A stretch of DNA of 64,000 nt from Utricularia gibba (GCA_002189035.1 CM007989.1:1922001-1986000); one strand, 5' to 3'. Counted from the stretch's first letter, positions 1 to 14,099 are shown. A program made the numbers and translations. Notes: generated by a model not told the origin, from the sequence alone.

Positions 1-264
1 CTGCTCTCTCCTTCATAAAGGAAATGTAAATAGAATCACAGGTTTGCTCCCAAGCAAGGCCTACATCTAACTAGCTGGGGTCACCGGGAATCTTTAGAAC
101 CCAACTCATGGATGGATGCCATTGCTCAACATTCAATAGCCCTACTTACACTGAAATCGAACTACCTTCGAAATGACATAAAGGAATGCTTAGTATGGCA
201 TGGCTTAAGTAGTGGACACCACTACGTCTGCAAAATACAGTAGTGGTTTCTGGGAATATGGCAT

Positions 265-1375
265 TTAGGGAACTGCATCCCCTGAGGGTGTTTTGGCATT
301 CAGGTTACCATAGTGGAGGCGGCAGACGGGCATGTAAACATCAGCACCACCGATCAGGTCTCTCTGAGTCTCCTCTGTCTTCCTCAGAGTGAAGAATGCG
401 CGCTTCCCACATACTTCACAGCGGGCTGTCAGCTTGGTTACAGTGTCTGCAAGTGGGATGATATCCAGAACCGACCCAAAGCTCCTCCTATTATTGCATA
501 TCATGCGAATCGATTAAAGAATCATATGGCAATGATATCTTGTTCAGAATTTTTTTTAAAAAAAATGAGCAGATTGTGAATGTGCATTCATCGTGGTTTT
601 ACTCTTTTAAGTAATGCGTATGCTGTAATAAATTACCTTGTGTAGTCGCCATCCAGCCCGGCAACAACGATGGTCTTGCCATCAAGATCAGCTGCTTGAC
701 AGCAGAAATCGTAAAGGTCATCAAAGAATTGTGCTTCATCAATGCCGATCACATCGACCTGTTGAATCATCGTTGTTTTATTAGCTCGATGGTGCTATAG
801 GAACAGCTAAGCATCAAAAAGTTATGAACTTGATTAATTCAACCATGATCGTCGTTGAAGACAAAAGAAAGCAACAGGGCAAGACATATCTCATTAGAGG
901 AAGAAAGAATCGCCCTCTACATCACTCAACAACTGCATCCATGAAGAATTAACACAAGAAGTGGCCTGTAGGATTACCTTGTTGTAGCGATCGAGGCCGA
1001 ATTTGTGCTTGAAAGACGAGAGGTCCGACAAAGACCAGCATGGAAACCGTTTCCCGTCGTGGGTCACCACCGAATCCACCGCGTAACGCGTATCCTTGCT
1101 AGACTTTATCATCACCACCTTTCTACAAAAACCCAACCGACTGACTATAAGCGCTACATCAGTTGCCAACACACATATACCCATAAAAAAAAAATCATCG
1201 ACATACGACGGAATCAAACAAAAAAGCAGGGAAAGAATGCCGAATGACGCGATCAAATAGCGAACCTGCCGGATTGAGCCTCAGCGGTCACCCGGAAGAG
1301 GAGCGCTGTGGATTTTCCGGCGAACATAGGACCGAGGATGACATGAATCTGACCACCTTCTGCGGATGAAGACAT
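265..1375 (-). CDS. TK1: Thymidine kinase (TK1 type), 4 exons
   Basis: Spliced by hand: exons ~1375-1265, 1122-978, 758-637 and 487-265 with GT-AG boundaries. Motifs: P-loop [26 protein letters not shown], zinc site ARCEVCG...[12 protein letters not shown]. The frame is intact. An in-frame ATG at 1381 is an alternative start, and there is no long transit peptide. Confidence 0.95.
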
Positions 1376-1564
1376 GATCATCTGAGAAAGACAGGAATGA
1401 GTGGGCGCGTACACTAGCAGTGGCTTACCAGTCACGATCTCGACTTGCAGGCGGCTTTATACAATCTCAAGTTTCAGGAGGGAAGGGAAACTTGAAAAAA
1501 TCTGAAACGCGCCCGCGCCAACATTTCAATCGTCTTTTTTTGTTTTCCCAAACTACCCCTCCTT

Positions 1565-1577
1565 TGGGCCCAGCCCA
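1565..1577. promoter_or_regulatory. Site II (TGGGCY, TCP-binding) motif cluster upstream of TK
   Basis: TGGGCC at 1565-1570, GGCCCA at 1567-1572 and AGCCCA at 1572-1577, about 190 nt upstream of the TK ATG in the divergent TK/hydrolase spacer. Confidence 0.5.
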
Positions 1578-2184
1578 ACCCCATTCTGCGGCATCCCACA
1601 TCGGGCCATCTGTGTACGGTTTAGAATTAATTATTAAAAAAATTGATTTTGCATATATAAACAAAGAACTGATAGAACATGTAAAATTTTTTGAAAAATA
1701 ATTTTATAATATGATAAAACAATGAAAATTAACACGCGTTCTTGTTTCTAAATAGTAAAGATCAATTATATCTGATATTTAAATAATAGTCATTCAGAAT
1801 GTTTAAGATAAAAAAATATTTAGTATTATTTTTATTTAATATATCAAATTTTAAATGTTAAATACATTACATAAGTTAAAAATATTGAGGATCAATTATA
1901 TCAAAATGAATTACATGCATCGTTCTTAACAAATAGTGGAGACTAATTTGTATGTAAACATGAAATTTTTTCAACATTAAATATTATGAAAAAGAAGTAA
2001 CAAATATTGTTAATTTCCTAAAATCTATTAATATATCATAATTAAAATATAATATTAAAAAAGAAGCGTGAAAATGGGTACAATTAATGTCCACCGATGA
2101 TAACCAACTCCATGGCATGGCCTATTTATTGCTCATTAAAAAAGAAGGAACGAACACCTCCGACCTGCTCAATTGAATTCGAAG

Positions 2185-2911
2185 ATGACGAGCAGAGAGA
2201 GCTGTACGATCGACGCCGGCGGCGGAATCAACTTAGACGCCCGAGTTTACCGGCCTTCCGGCGGAGAAAGCAAAATGATCGCCGTTTTAGTGCATCCTTA
2301 CTCCGTCCTCGGTGGATTCCAGGGGCTTATGAGAGGCATCGCCCAAGGGCTGGCTGAGCGAGGCCTCACCGCCATCACATACGATATGCGGGGAGTTCGC
2401 AAATCCACCGGCCGCTGCTCTCTCACTGGATTCCCCGAGGTGGAGGACGTCGTTTCGGTCTGCCGATGGGCGTCTTCCAATCTCTCGCCCCCTCGCATTC
2501 TCCTTGTCGGATCCTCTGCTGGTATGTTCTGCACTGTGCGCACACCCCCCACAAACTCGAGATCTGATGTTGGGTTTCCTGGCAGGCGCTCCGATCGCGG
2601 GGTCCGCGATCGACCGGGTTGAGGAAGTGGTTGGGTACGTGAGCTTGGGCTACCCTTTCGGATTGACGGCGTCGATTCTCTTCGGAAGGCACCACAAGGC
2701 AATACTGCAATCCCCCAAGCCGAAGCTCTTCGTGATGGGCACATTGGATGGGTTTACAAGCGTGAAGCAGCTGGAGAACAAGTTGAGGGGCTCCCTCGGC
2801 CCGACCCGCACGCATTTGCTTCAGGGGGTGAGCCACTTTCAAATGGAGGGACCTGAGTTCGATGACCAAATGGTGACTCTCATACTTGAATTTACCTCAT
2901 CTTTGAACTGA
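2185..2911 (+). CDS. Alpha/beta hydrolase-fold protein, 2 exons
   Basis: Exon 1 is 2185-2521, a 64-nt GT-AG intron spans 2522-2585, and exon 2 is 2586-2911. Motifs: VHPYSVLGG, DMRGV, nucleophile elbow VGSSAGAPIA, SLGYPFG, GTLDGFT, catalytic His in VSHFQMEG. Confidence 0.9.
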
Positions 2912-3556
2912 ACTCACGGTGCCCCCTGCCGTGCTTGCAGCTCCATCTGTAATGCTATCCCTGTCTGTCACTCGCTTGTTGTAAGTTGAAACATGAACGA
3001 AGGAATGGAATTGGAATATGGGCATGTTCTGTTCTGTCCAAGCACATCACAGATACCCAGAACTCGGATATCCATCAGGGTTTCTTGAATCAGATCATCA
3101 AATCACAGCATTAGATTTGGATGTGGTGATTGCAATCGCCCGCCCATCACTCCCCACCTCTAGCCTTGAGCTGTCTGATCAATGTTGGTGACCACTTGGG
3201 GAACCATGATTAAGGTTAAACGCCCAAAACAGACAAAATGGTACCAACGAGTGTGAGTTATGACATGCTATTGCAAGAAAATAAGGAATCTGTATGATAA
3301 GTTACATGTATGATTAGCGCTGTTGTTTTATCTTTTTTGTTTGTTTTAACTATTTAGGACTAAGGGATCATTAATATCATAAGAATTTTTGCTCCTCTGT
3401 TTCTTCTGGCTTAAAAAGAATGAAGGGCTATAGGAAGCAAGTTAACGTCAAGGACGATTACAAGTAAAAGCGATCCGTCTTATGATGATTATTATTACTA
3501 GACAATCAGGAAGAATAAGTAATAGCATTTCAAAAAAGCTCCCCATCTCTTTTGCA

Positions 3557-5856
3557 TCAGACCTTCTGCTTTCCCTTTTTGAGCCTCTCCAGTTCTTCTT
3601 CGGCATCCTTCAGCTGCTCTGTAAGCGTTGCCACCCTCTGCTCGACTTCTTCTATTGTCCCTCGATCAAGCTGTGATCGATAGGGAGATACAAAGCTGTG
3701 TGAAAACGCCTTCAAGGCTTCGACCCCACAAACCTGTTGCAAATTCGGGACGAGTGAAAAATCAATACACGCATGTCTTGTTTATCCAAAACTACATACA
3801 TGCAGTGTTCAAACAATACAAAAAGCGAAGCAGTAAGTATGTCACAAAGGCACAGACCTCTTCTGGCAACAATGGCAACTTGGTAATGTGGAAATCATCA
3901 TATAACATGTAAAATTGGTCCAAGTACTTCTGCTGCATCCGCATTCTAGCTTTCAACAGCTTTGATTCGATGACTGAAAATTTCAGAAAGTTTTGTTCCG
4001 TGACATAGGTTTATGAAGCAGGGAGTGGCACTTGAAACTAAGGAAAATTATTTTACCTTCTTCATCGAATATCACTTGGTTGATGATGATATTGTGTGTA
4101 TCAATTTCAAACTTGGTGAGCTCTTGAACGAGCCGTTCAGTCTCATAAAGTGATAGGAACTCAGGAATGCAAACACAGACGAAGGTCGTGAGGTCCTGCA
4201 TAAGTAGAATTAAATAAGTATGACCCTAAAACTGTAACATCTGTAGACAATAAAGAATGCAGAGGTGAGATCATACAGGGTCTTTAAACTGTTTGTTGAC
4301 TTGTTGGATCACATCTTTCATGCTCTCAAGCTTTCCCAAAAGTGTGTCCTCATTGAATTCATCTTCTACGCCAAAAAGGCGAGTCATCTGCCATGAAACA
4401 TGGTACTTAAATCCCTGGCTAATATTTTAATTCACTAGAATTAATCTTCTTTCATCAATTATCCTGGAACTAAGAGTGTCAAATTTAAATTAGAACTTTG
4501 CGACTCAGATAGTACCTAAGAAGCAATGAAAGAAAAGTAATGAATATTTGAATCAGCATACATGGCTTATCTGTGTATAAACTAGATGAGAGTTTTATCA
4601 CTCGTCAATAACATCTTTCCTGAGGCAAAAATAGCGAGCTAGTAAATGGTTTTACCTGAGTCAACAAGCCACCAAAACGATTCCTTAAACTCATAATCTT
4701 GGCAAGGCCTTTTTCTAGTGTTGATGGAAACTGTAGCAGCCGAAGCGTATGGCCAGTTGGAGCTGTATCGAATACGATAACAGAATAATCCATTGTCTGG
4801 ACTAGCCTGGTAAAACATTTCACAAAAGCTTCACTCTCAGAATGGAAACTAAATACAGAATTTCCCATCACAAAATAATGATTTAATAGTCAACTATGAA
4901 GCACTTTTTTTTTTTTTTTTCCTATCGACAATCAACCATGAAGCTTACTTGAGCATTTCAGCAAAACTCATAGCCTCATCGATTCCAGGAATAGAATTGG
5001 CCAAATCTGACACAAATCCATCACTTGTATCTTCATTTTCTACAGTGGGATCTACTTCCTGAAATATGGTACATCATTTACACCATCAAGCCCACACAAT
5101 TCACCATAATTCTTCAGCGTTCAAATGTGTGTAGCCGTGGCCCCTCCATTGAGAAAACCAAACTAATCACACAGAGATTACAGCAAAATGTAAAAGAAAC
5201 GGGAGCATCCCAACTTCCAGATTGACCTTAAATAGTTTGCCCTTATACTACACGTGGAACATATTTCCACTAGATGAAGGCCAAACACTTCAAATCAGGT
5301 AGCGAGAACATGAAAGACAACTCTTTTTGATTCTCATTTCATATGTAACACACTAAAAAGATGCTATCATCTTCTGAATGGAATCAGAAGATTATATAAT
5401 CCATAATTTTATGTGGATTGTGATCTGGAAACAAGAGCAACATGACCACAGGCGTAACTAAGAAGGATAAAACATGACTTCCAGCAATTCCTTGCCAACA
5501 GACAATCAGCAAGGAATAAAATCCTCCATACAGAACGTATAGTTGATACCACTGAGACATATCAAAATCCCATGAATTGAGATAATCAACCATACCATAG
5601 CGTACAAGTTGGAGAATCCATTCACAAGAGTAGGACTCTTTGTGAACCTCTGTTGAAATGCGTCACTGAGATTGTGCGCAGGATCTGTGGAGATAATGAG
5701 CACAGAAGTGCGCACTCTAGCTAGCAGAATGGATAGAGTCGAGCTACATGTCGTCTTCCCCACGCCTCCTTTTCCACCCACAAAAATCCATTTCAATGAG
5801 TCTTGATCCAGTATGTTTTGAACCGACCCTTCGGGCATATCCTCATTGCAATCCAT
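3557..5856 (-). CDS. GET3a: GET3/ASNA1 (ArsA-family) tail-anchored protein targeting ATPase, 7 exons
   Basis: Motifs: deviant P-loop [58 protein letters not shown]. The exons join in frame, with the stop at 3557. Confidence 0.95.
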
Positions 5857-7138
5857 TAAAAAGCTTTCCTGATCTTCTCAAGACTCTGCGATTTTCTACA
5901 ACCCAACAACTTTGAATAAATAAAACCTTTTCCTCTATTTTTCCATTTTTAATAGAAACATCAACGCATTAAAATCCAAGAAGATTGTGTGGCAAAGAGA
6001 AAAATATTCAAATCAACTAAACCCCCATGAATCACCATTCCAAAGGGACTATTGCGTTCCGTAACAAGAGTTCCAAAGTTGAAGCAAGACTTATTCTCCC
6101 ATGAAAAGAAGAAAGGCATAATTGGGTCTTTTCAAAAAGCATTCGGGTTAAATAAAAACAAAAAAAGTGCTCCCTAATTCACAAACTAAAACACTGATTT
6201 CCATTGAAAACTCCCAACATTTCCCCCATTCCCAGAAAACACTTCAAATCTTGATTGATGTGCGGAAAGGGTGGGAGTACGTACCTAGGTCTCTCCCAGC
6301 GAACTCCACTACGGAAAGGAGTTGGTCTTCTTCCACCCGATCGATCCCACAGGACTCTCCCACCCCCCACGTCGCAGCGTCGGCTTGTAGGTTTTCACCT
6401 CCGGCTCTCCCACCCCAAACGGTTTCCGAAGCTCTACGACGAATTGAGGTGGACAAAGATCTTTGGGGACAAAAATAGGTGGTAAATTCAATAAATATAT
6501 TTTTAACATAAAATACATTAATAAATACAATAAAAAATATTACTTTCAAGGTGAAATTAGGGGAAAAAAATAAAAAAGAAATGCAGAATCAATTTGGGAA
6601 AGGAAATTACCTATGGTATCCAAATTTCCCAAAAAAGGAAAATGCGCAACGGCACTGGCTCCAACCGCCAAAGTTTCGGGGTAGTCTCACCGCCCTCAAG
6701 AAATTACTACAGAGCCGTAATGAATGATCGCCGTATGATCGAGAAAATGTGGCAATCGGAATCAAATTTGCTCTGAATTCTGATCAACAGATTGCCCATT
6801 TTCTTTTCCGCTTTCCGAGAACCCATATTCTCTTGATTAGCTGCTATTGCACTTGCTTTTTGATTGTTTGGCATTCGTTCCTTTTTGCCCAATTGAAACA
6901 TAGCTCGGTTTTCAATTGGCAAACTTTGTAATTGAGTTTTTGTATTGGTGGTGAGGTGAAAACACTTGACGGTAATTGCGATCGTAGCTGATGTTTGATC
7001 TGGGATCACCAGGGAATCGTTTTCTGTGGCTAATACATAAGGGAATTGTGATTGAATTGGTGAATGACAGAAAGTCTTGGGAGCTTACGTTTGGAGAAGC
7101 GGTACTGGATCCGAAAAGAGATGAAACAGCGTCATTAG

Positions 7139-10100
7139 ATGGCGCTGTTCAGAAGGTTCTTCTACCGGAAGCCGCCTGACAGGCTTCTCGAAATCTCCGA
7201 GAGGGTATACGGTATGAGATCCTAGTTGTTGAATTGGGATTTTTCGCTTTTTCAGCTGAAATGTGAAGCATGGCTCCGATATAACATGCTCATCATAATA
7301 TGCATGCCATCTTTGTTTGGCTATTCTTTTTATGTATGTGACAATGCGCTCTTTTTTGTGTGTTTGGCTGCAGTATTTGATTGCTGCTTCTCCCCTGATG
7401 AACTTGACGATGACGAATTTAGGGCGTACATGAGTGGAATTGTAGCTCAGCTAAGAGATTACTTTCCTGATGCTTCATTTATGGTTTTCAATTTCAAAGC
7501 TGGGGAGAGAAGTCAAGCATCAGAGATACTTTCTCAACATTCAATGACAGTAATGGATTATCCTCAGCACTATGGAGGCTGCCCATTATTAACTCTGGAG
7601 ATTATTCATCAGTTCCTACTATTGTGTGAGGATTGGCTGTCAGCTCATGGCCAACAAAATATTCTTTTGATGCATTGTGACAAAGGGGGGTGGCCTCTGC
7701 TTTCATTTATGTTGGCTAGCCTTCTTCTTTCTAGAAAGCAATATACTGGTGAACAGAAAACTCTTGACATGGTGTACAAGCAAGCACCCAAGGAACTTCG
7801 ACATCTTTCGACTCAGTTAAATTCACAACCTTCTCAGCTTCGATATCTTCACTATGTTTCGAGAAGAAACTTTCAGTTAGATTGGTCATCTTCTACTGTA
7901 CCCTTGGTTATAGATTGTATGATATTGAGACTGCTTCCTTTGTTTAATGATGGAAGAGGATGTTGTCCGATAGTTCGTATATATGGTCAAGATCCGTCGC
8001 CAAAAACACCCATTAATGGCTTGGAGCTTTTATTTTCATCCGATCAACTGAAACAGCAACTTTACTGCTATCCAAAGGTAATCGCATAACTCTGAAAATG
8101 AGAACATAGTTGACTTGGTGATATTCCTTCACTTCATTGCTCAATTCTTGTAGGAAGAATGCGCACTTATAAAAGTGGATATCCATCAGCGTGTTCTCGG
8201 AGATGTTGTCATAGATTGCGTTCATTTGGATGATGATCTGTTATGCGAAAAAAGTATTTTTCGAATTATGTTCCACACAGAATTCATTAGGTCAAACGTA
8301 CTGATCCTGACTCGAGATGAAGTTGATATTCATTGGGATACCAAGGATCAGTTCTCCAAGGACTTTAGAGCCGAGGTACTGCATAATACTGCTTTCATTT
8401 TATTTTTATCTTTCGTGACTTTAAAACACATATCTGCACAGGTAATTTTTTCAAATTCAGATTCTCTCACGCCATTAGTGAAAACCACTACCGAGGAGGA
8501 CTCGGAAGTGGATACAGCATCACCTGAGGAATTTTTTGAAGCAGAAGAAATTTTTAGCAGTTTTCTTGATATTCATGAAGGTAGAGAAGACTCTAATAAT
8601 ACTCTAGTTCATGTCAGTGCTCAAGGATACAAAAATCACGGGTTGGTAGAGAAGGTTGAATTGGAGCCTAAAGAACTCCTAGATTCTGCAGTTGGTAATT
8701 CCGATAACAGAAATGACCAAAAAATGGGGTTAAATGGTGAAGAAGTTCAGGAGGAATCTTCCCATGATATTATTGGTGAGATTAGTATCTTGGATATCAA
8801 ATCTGAAAGGGTTAATCCACTAGAAATATCTGAAGAAGGTACTAACAAACAGCAAGATGGGGAAGTATCTTCCATGTTGAAGAAGAATATAGAAGAGGAT
8901 GGTTCACCACAGAAATTTGCTACAGAATGTATTAAGCAGAAATTGAAACATCAAGTTTGTCGCTCAAAGTCTGCATCTGATGTTGTTGGTATCAACAAAA
9001 AAAGTAAACAAGATCCGTCAACTTCTCATGTGGTAAGGATGGCAAAGCCTACTGCAGTATCAAGGTGGATACCTTCTAATAAAGGATCTCACACTAACTC
9101 AATGCATGTCCACTACCCTCGATCAAGGCATAATAGTGCACCGGCAGCCCTTGAGTTTCACAGAAATTCAGCTGCTAGTGTAAAATCAAGACTTCGCCCA
9201 GCTGTGGTATCCTCAGAAACAATTCAACCACCTAATATGTTGACAGCCACGGTATCATGTTTTCCTACTAACATTATGCACAAGCCTCCCCCTCCTCCTC
9301 CTCCTCCATCACCCCCACTGTTACGCTCAAAACAACCTCTATCTTTATCAGCACCAATTACTTCTTTAGGCAAAGCATCATTTCTGTTTTCATCTTCATT
9401 TGTAACTAGTTTGCCTTCTTCTTCAAAGACAGCATTAAACTTATCTCCACCTCCACCTCCACCAAAAGCAACACTTAACTTAGGTCCTCCTTCACCTCCA
9501 CCTCCACCTCCACCTCCATCAAAAGCAACACTTAAATTGCCTCCTCTTCCAGCTCTACTTCCACATTCAACTCCAGCTCCACCTGCACCTCCACCTTCAT
9601 CAAAAGCAACAGCTAAATTGCCTCCTCTTCCAGCTCCACTTCTACCTTTAGCTCCAAATCCAGCTACACCTGCACCTGCATCTCCACCTCCACCTCCAGC
9701 TTCATCAAAAGCAACACTTGACCTACCTCCACCTCCACCCCCCCCCCACCTCCGTCTCTGTCAAAAGCAGCACTTAATTTACCCTGTCTTCCACCTCCAC
9801 CTCCACCTCCACCTCCACCCCATTCTCTTTCGACTGGAGTAATTTTTTCAAGTGGGGCTCATCCTTTCCCATCCCCTCCAGCTCCACCCTTGCCTTCAAA
9901 TGTAAGTAAAGCAGTTCCTTCTCCACTCTCATTTCCTTTATTTGGAAGTGGAACACCTCCTCCACCTCCTCCACCTCCTCCTTTTCCTTGTTCAAATGAA
10001 AGTGGAACACCCCTTTCTTCACCACCACCCCCTCCCTTGCCTTGCTCAAGTGCATGTGGAGTACCTCCTCCATGTCCTCCTCCTCCTCCTTTACCTAGTT

Positions 10101-13100
10101 TAAGAGCAAGTGGAGCATCTCTTCCACCCCCTCCTCCATGCGCTCCACCACCTCCCTTATCTAGTTTTAGTGGAAGTGGAGCATGTCCTCCACCCCCTCC
10201 TTCATGCCCTCCACCTCCACCCTTTCGTAGTTTAAGTGGAATTGCAGCACCTCCTCCACCGCCTCCCTTTCCTTTCAGTGGAAGTGGAGCACCTCCTCCA
10301 CCCCCTCCCTTTCCTTCCAGTGGAATTGGAGCACCTCCTCCGCCCCCACCATTGCCTTCAACTGGGAGTGGAGCACCTCCTCCGCCCCCTCCATTTCCTT
10401 CAACTGGAAGTGGAGCACCTCCTCCACCCCCTCCTCCCTGTGGAAGTCTAACACCTCCTCCACTACCTCCCTCAATTGGCCATCTAACTTCAATTCCAAC
10501 AACACCCAACGCTCCTAAGCCTCCTGTAGCAGGTCCTCCCCCACCTCCGCCATTTGGTGCAAAGGGACCTTCAATTAATGGTAAAGGGAATGTTTCGAAT
10601 AGCATTCGTGGCCCTTCAAATCCTGGAATATCAACTCCTGTATCTCGTAAATCTTCCTTGAAGCCCCTCCATTGGAGCAAGGTGACCAGGGCTTTGCAAG
10701 GAAGCTTATGGGAAGAATTGCAAAAGCATGGGGATAATCAAGTGTATTTCTCATTCCTTCCTTTCATGTTTGTCACTAATTTTTTAAGTTGTTTTTGTGC
10801 AGACCTGATGGTCGTCTTTCTTTGCTTTCCATTATTAGTTACTTGTATATTTCGATTTCTACATCAAGTGTACATTTATTTGGTAATGTGTGTTGCATTG
10901 TACTTTATATCAATATTTTACGTTATTCTTTAAGTTACTGACACATTCCATTCTTTCTAGTGCACCAGCTTTTGATGTATCAGAAATCGAGTCTCTTTTC
11001 TCTGCTATGGTCTCAAAGTCAAGTAATGCTGGCGCTAAGAACAAAGAGTCTCAAAAGGCTGCTGAGTCGAAGCCTACAAAAGTTCAGCTGGTAATTTTTT
11101 GAATATGATAATCTATTTTTCCTAAGGAGGCATTTCTTTCTGGCTTCTAGTCTCTGCCGTGATTGGAAACTACATTTAGGATATATTGAAAGGCACAATC
11201 CATGTAACTAATCAAAATGCTAATCTTCGATTGAAATGGAAAGTTACTAAGTTGAAATCTTGTGGCATTTTCTTTGGGAACTCTTCCTATTATTTTTATT
11301 TAATCTTATTTCATTTACTTTTGTAGATCGACATGAAAAGAGCATACAATGTAGAAATCATGCTTACAAAGGTGAAAATGCCTTTACCAGACATGATGGT
11401 AAGGGAGGAATGTAGTCTTGTTTCTTGTTTTACTTTGAGATGGCTTTTAGATTATTTTCATTTTGTGCTTTGTTACGTATCCTCTGTGATGTCAGAGTTT
11501 ATGTTGTTACTAACTTCTGTAGTGACATTTTTATTGTTATTATGTATGTTAAGAGAATACACTCAGTGATAAGAAAAAAACTCTAAGAAAAAATGCACAA
11601 GCTCTTGTTGATGAAGCTTTTCTATTTAAGCTTCACAACCTTTGTCGTCAAGTGTATTACTTATAAAGTGTTGCTCAGGAGAAGTTTTTCCACTTGGGTA
11701 AATCAGTTATTATGCACCTTATTACTATTGCTCTTTGAAGTCATCAACAGTCTTAAAGTTGTGCAATTTTCCATTGCCAGATAAGAAAAATTAGAAAGTC
11801 AACTTTAAAAAAGTATATAATTTTATGTGTTCAGCGTATCTTGGTCAAGATTGCCTCATACCATCGTTGATGCATTAGACATATGCTGCCATGCTTAAAC
11901 TTCACTTATACAACTCTTTAATGCTGGGAAATTTTGAATATTTCAAGGCTGCAGCTCTGGCCATGGATGAATCAATTTTGGATGCTGATCAAGTGGAAAA
12001 TCTCATCAAATTTTGCCCAAAGAAAGAAGAGATGGAACTTCTGAAGGTGACCCTCAGTTTTCCGATGAGTAATTATTCAAGATGTTTTGCACCCTTTTCT
12101 ATAGCATCATATCTAACTTGGCCATGTTTAACTTATCATTATAAACCATTAGGGATATACAGGTGACAAGGAAAACTTGGGGAAGTGTGAACAGGTTTTT
12201 TAATTTGATACTACGTTCTAATTTTTTTATAATCCATCTTGGCATTTTGTCAAAAATGATTAATCAAAATTGGGCGTCTTTACAGTTTTTCATGGAGTTG
12301 ATGAAGGCACCTCGAGTGGAATCAAAATTGAGAGTTTTCTTGTTCAAGATTCAATTTAATTCTCAGGTCTTTTATAGTTTGTTCATCATAATTACTATAA
12401 AATACATACAGGTTTACTTCAAGTTCTGTCTCAGGTTTCTGATTTCAAAAAGAGCTTGCACACTGTAAACTCTGCTTGTCAAGAAGTAAGTAAGATGGCG
12501 TTGTTTTCTGTACTACGTAATAGTGCTACTGTTTCAAGTTCCCATATGAACCAGGTTCGTAATTCAGAGAAGCTGAAGAGCATCATGAAAATTATTTTAT
12601 CTCTCGGAAATACATTGAATCATGGAACTGCAAGAGGTATGGCACTCTATATCTATATGGATCATTTGATAGACAGGATCACACCTAGTGTTTAATACTA
12701 ACTGTCCAATGAGGTGTATCTTAACGTCAAAAAATGTCTTACCCGAAGGGTTGAAGAACATTATAAAAAAAATGTGAAGCTTAGCGCGATTATAGTCTTA
12801 TCTGTATATTATTGTTGCATTATAGAAATCATCTTGTTTATCTACATGACAATGTAAACTTGTAAGTGATGAGGATCCTATTCATGTCCTTTGTGTCAGG
12901 TTCTGCTATAGGATTTAAATTGGACAGCCTCTTAAAGCTCACAGATACTCGTGCATCCAACAATAAGATAACATTAATGCATTATCTATGCAAGGTACTT
13001 GTTCACTCTAAGAAAGCTATTTTACCTTATTTCACACCTGTCAGAAGTATTGAAGAAGATTGTTAGTATGCTTCTGGCTATTCATTTTCGTCACTAAGTT

Positions 13101-14099
13101 AATTTTGTTTGCCTTAAAGAATGATTTCCTATAATGCGCTGAATGGAACCTTTCTGTTACAGTGGCTTGGGTCTCAGGCACCAGAACTTCTAGAGTTTCC
13201 CAAAGATTTCATTAACTTGGAACCTGCTACAAAGGTTTTGGCCTTGATTTTACTAATGTATGACGAATAATGTGTTACTCTGGGATGTGCTTCAGTCGGT
13301 GATTTTTATGCAGATACAATTAAAAGTGTTGGCAGAAGAAATGCAATCCCTTACAAAAGGTTTAGAAAAGGTGAAGCAGGAGTTGGTAGCTTCTGAAAAT
13401 GATGGCCCTGTATCTGAACTTTTCCACAAGGTGTCATATTTCTCTTGTAAGATTCATTTGCTATACCATTTGTTATGCAGAATATTTTGATGAAACTAGA
13501 TAAGTATGTGGATTTCTACATTTGTGGCGATGCTAGATTATGGACTTGAAGAACTTTTCTATCATTTTGTTATTATTCACTTTTCTTACACTGGCTGGAT
13601 GTTGAAGATTGTTAAGCACTTTAAGCAATGGACTGCTGTCTTCGTGTGTTTTAGAGTTTGAAGGCATTTGTTGGTTTTGCGGAGAGTGAAGTATCCACTG
13701 TCTCAAATTTGTACTCCATTGCGGTAATGCTAAAAATAAGTAGACTGTGGAAAAGATTTTATTATTGTTCTCCATCATCATTTGAAAACTGCTTCAGGGA
13801 AAAAATGCTGATGGCTTGGCACGGTATTTCAATGAAGATCCTGCCCGATGCCCTTTTGAGCAAGGTGACTTCCATATCTGCTTTTTTTTTTTTTTCAAAA
13901 CTGTGATTTGCTGGAAATCAAACATCTCTGAGTTCATAAATCATCTTGGAATCCAGTTACTGCGACCCTCTTAAACTTTGTGAGGTTGTTCCAGAAAGCT
14001 CATGAAGAAAACTGTAAACAGGCTGAACTAGATAAGAAGAAAGCTGAGAAGGAGGCTGAAATGGAGAACTCAAAGGGAATGAGTTCAAGGAAGAAATAA
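7139..14099 (+). CDS. FH20: Class II formin (PTEN-like + C2 + polyproline FH1 + FH2), FH20-like; one apparent frameshift at C10 run 9738-9747
   Basis: Exon 1 (7139-7211) encodes MALFRRFFYRKPPDRLLEISERVY. Exon 2 (7374-8077) has HCDKGGWP and PSQLRYL. FH1 spans ~9280-10560. FH2 motifs LKPLHWSKV, GSLWEEL, IDMKRAYNVEIMLTK, LGNTLNHGTARG and GFKLDSLLKL lie in about 12 short downstream exons. Stop TAA at 14097-14099. Confidence 0.93.
10280..10447 (+). repeat. Four tandem 42-nt coding repeats, G(S/I)GAPPPPPP(F/L)PS(S/T), in formin FH1
   Basis: Units start at 10280, 10322, 10364 and 10406, with consensus GGAAGTGGAGCACCTCCTCCRCCCCCTCCHTTKCCTTCMAST. The fourth unit diverges at its 3' end. Confidence 0.9.

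Noticed and set aside
6167-6549. Overlapping short ORFs upstream of GET3
   Set aside because: This GC-richer stretch fits a GET3 5' UTR exon (donor AG|GTACGT on the minus strand near 6285). The ORFs start at non-ATG codons and have no homology I can recognise.
9280-10560. Strong C/G strand skew and G-quadruplex-like tracts on the minus strand
   Set aside because: Fully explained by proline codon usage in FH1; no evidence of a separate function.
9859-10680. 273-aa Gly-rich minus-strand ORF (and 9774-10073)
   Set aside because: It is the antisense shadow of the formin polyproline codons (CCN read as NGG/GGN), with no independent evidence of a gene.
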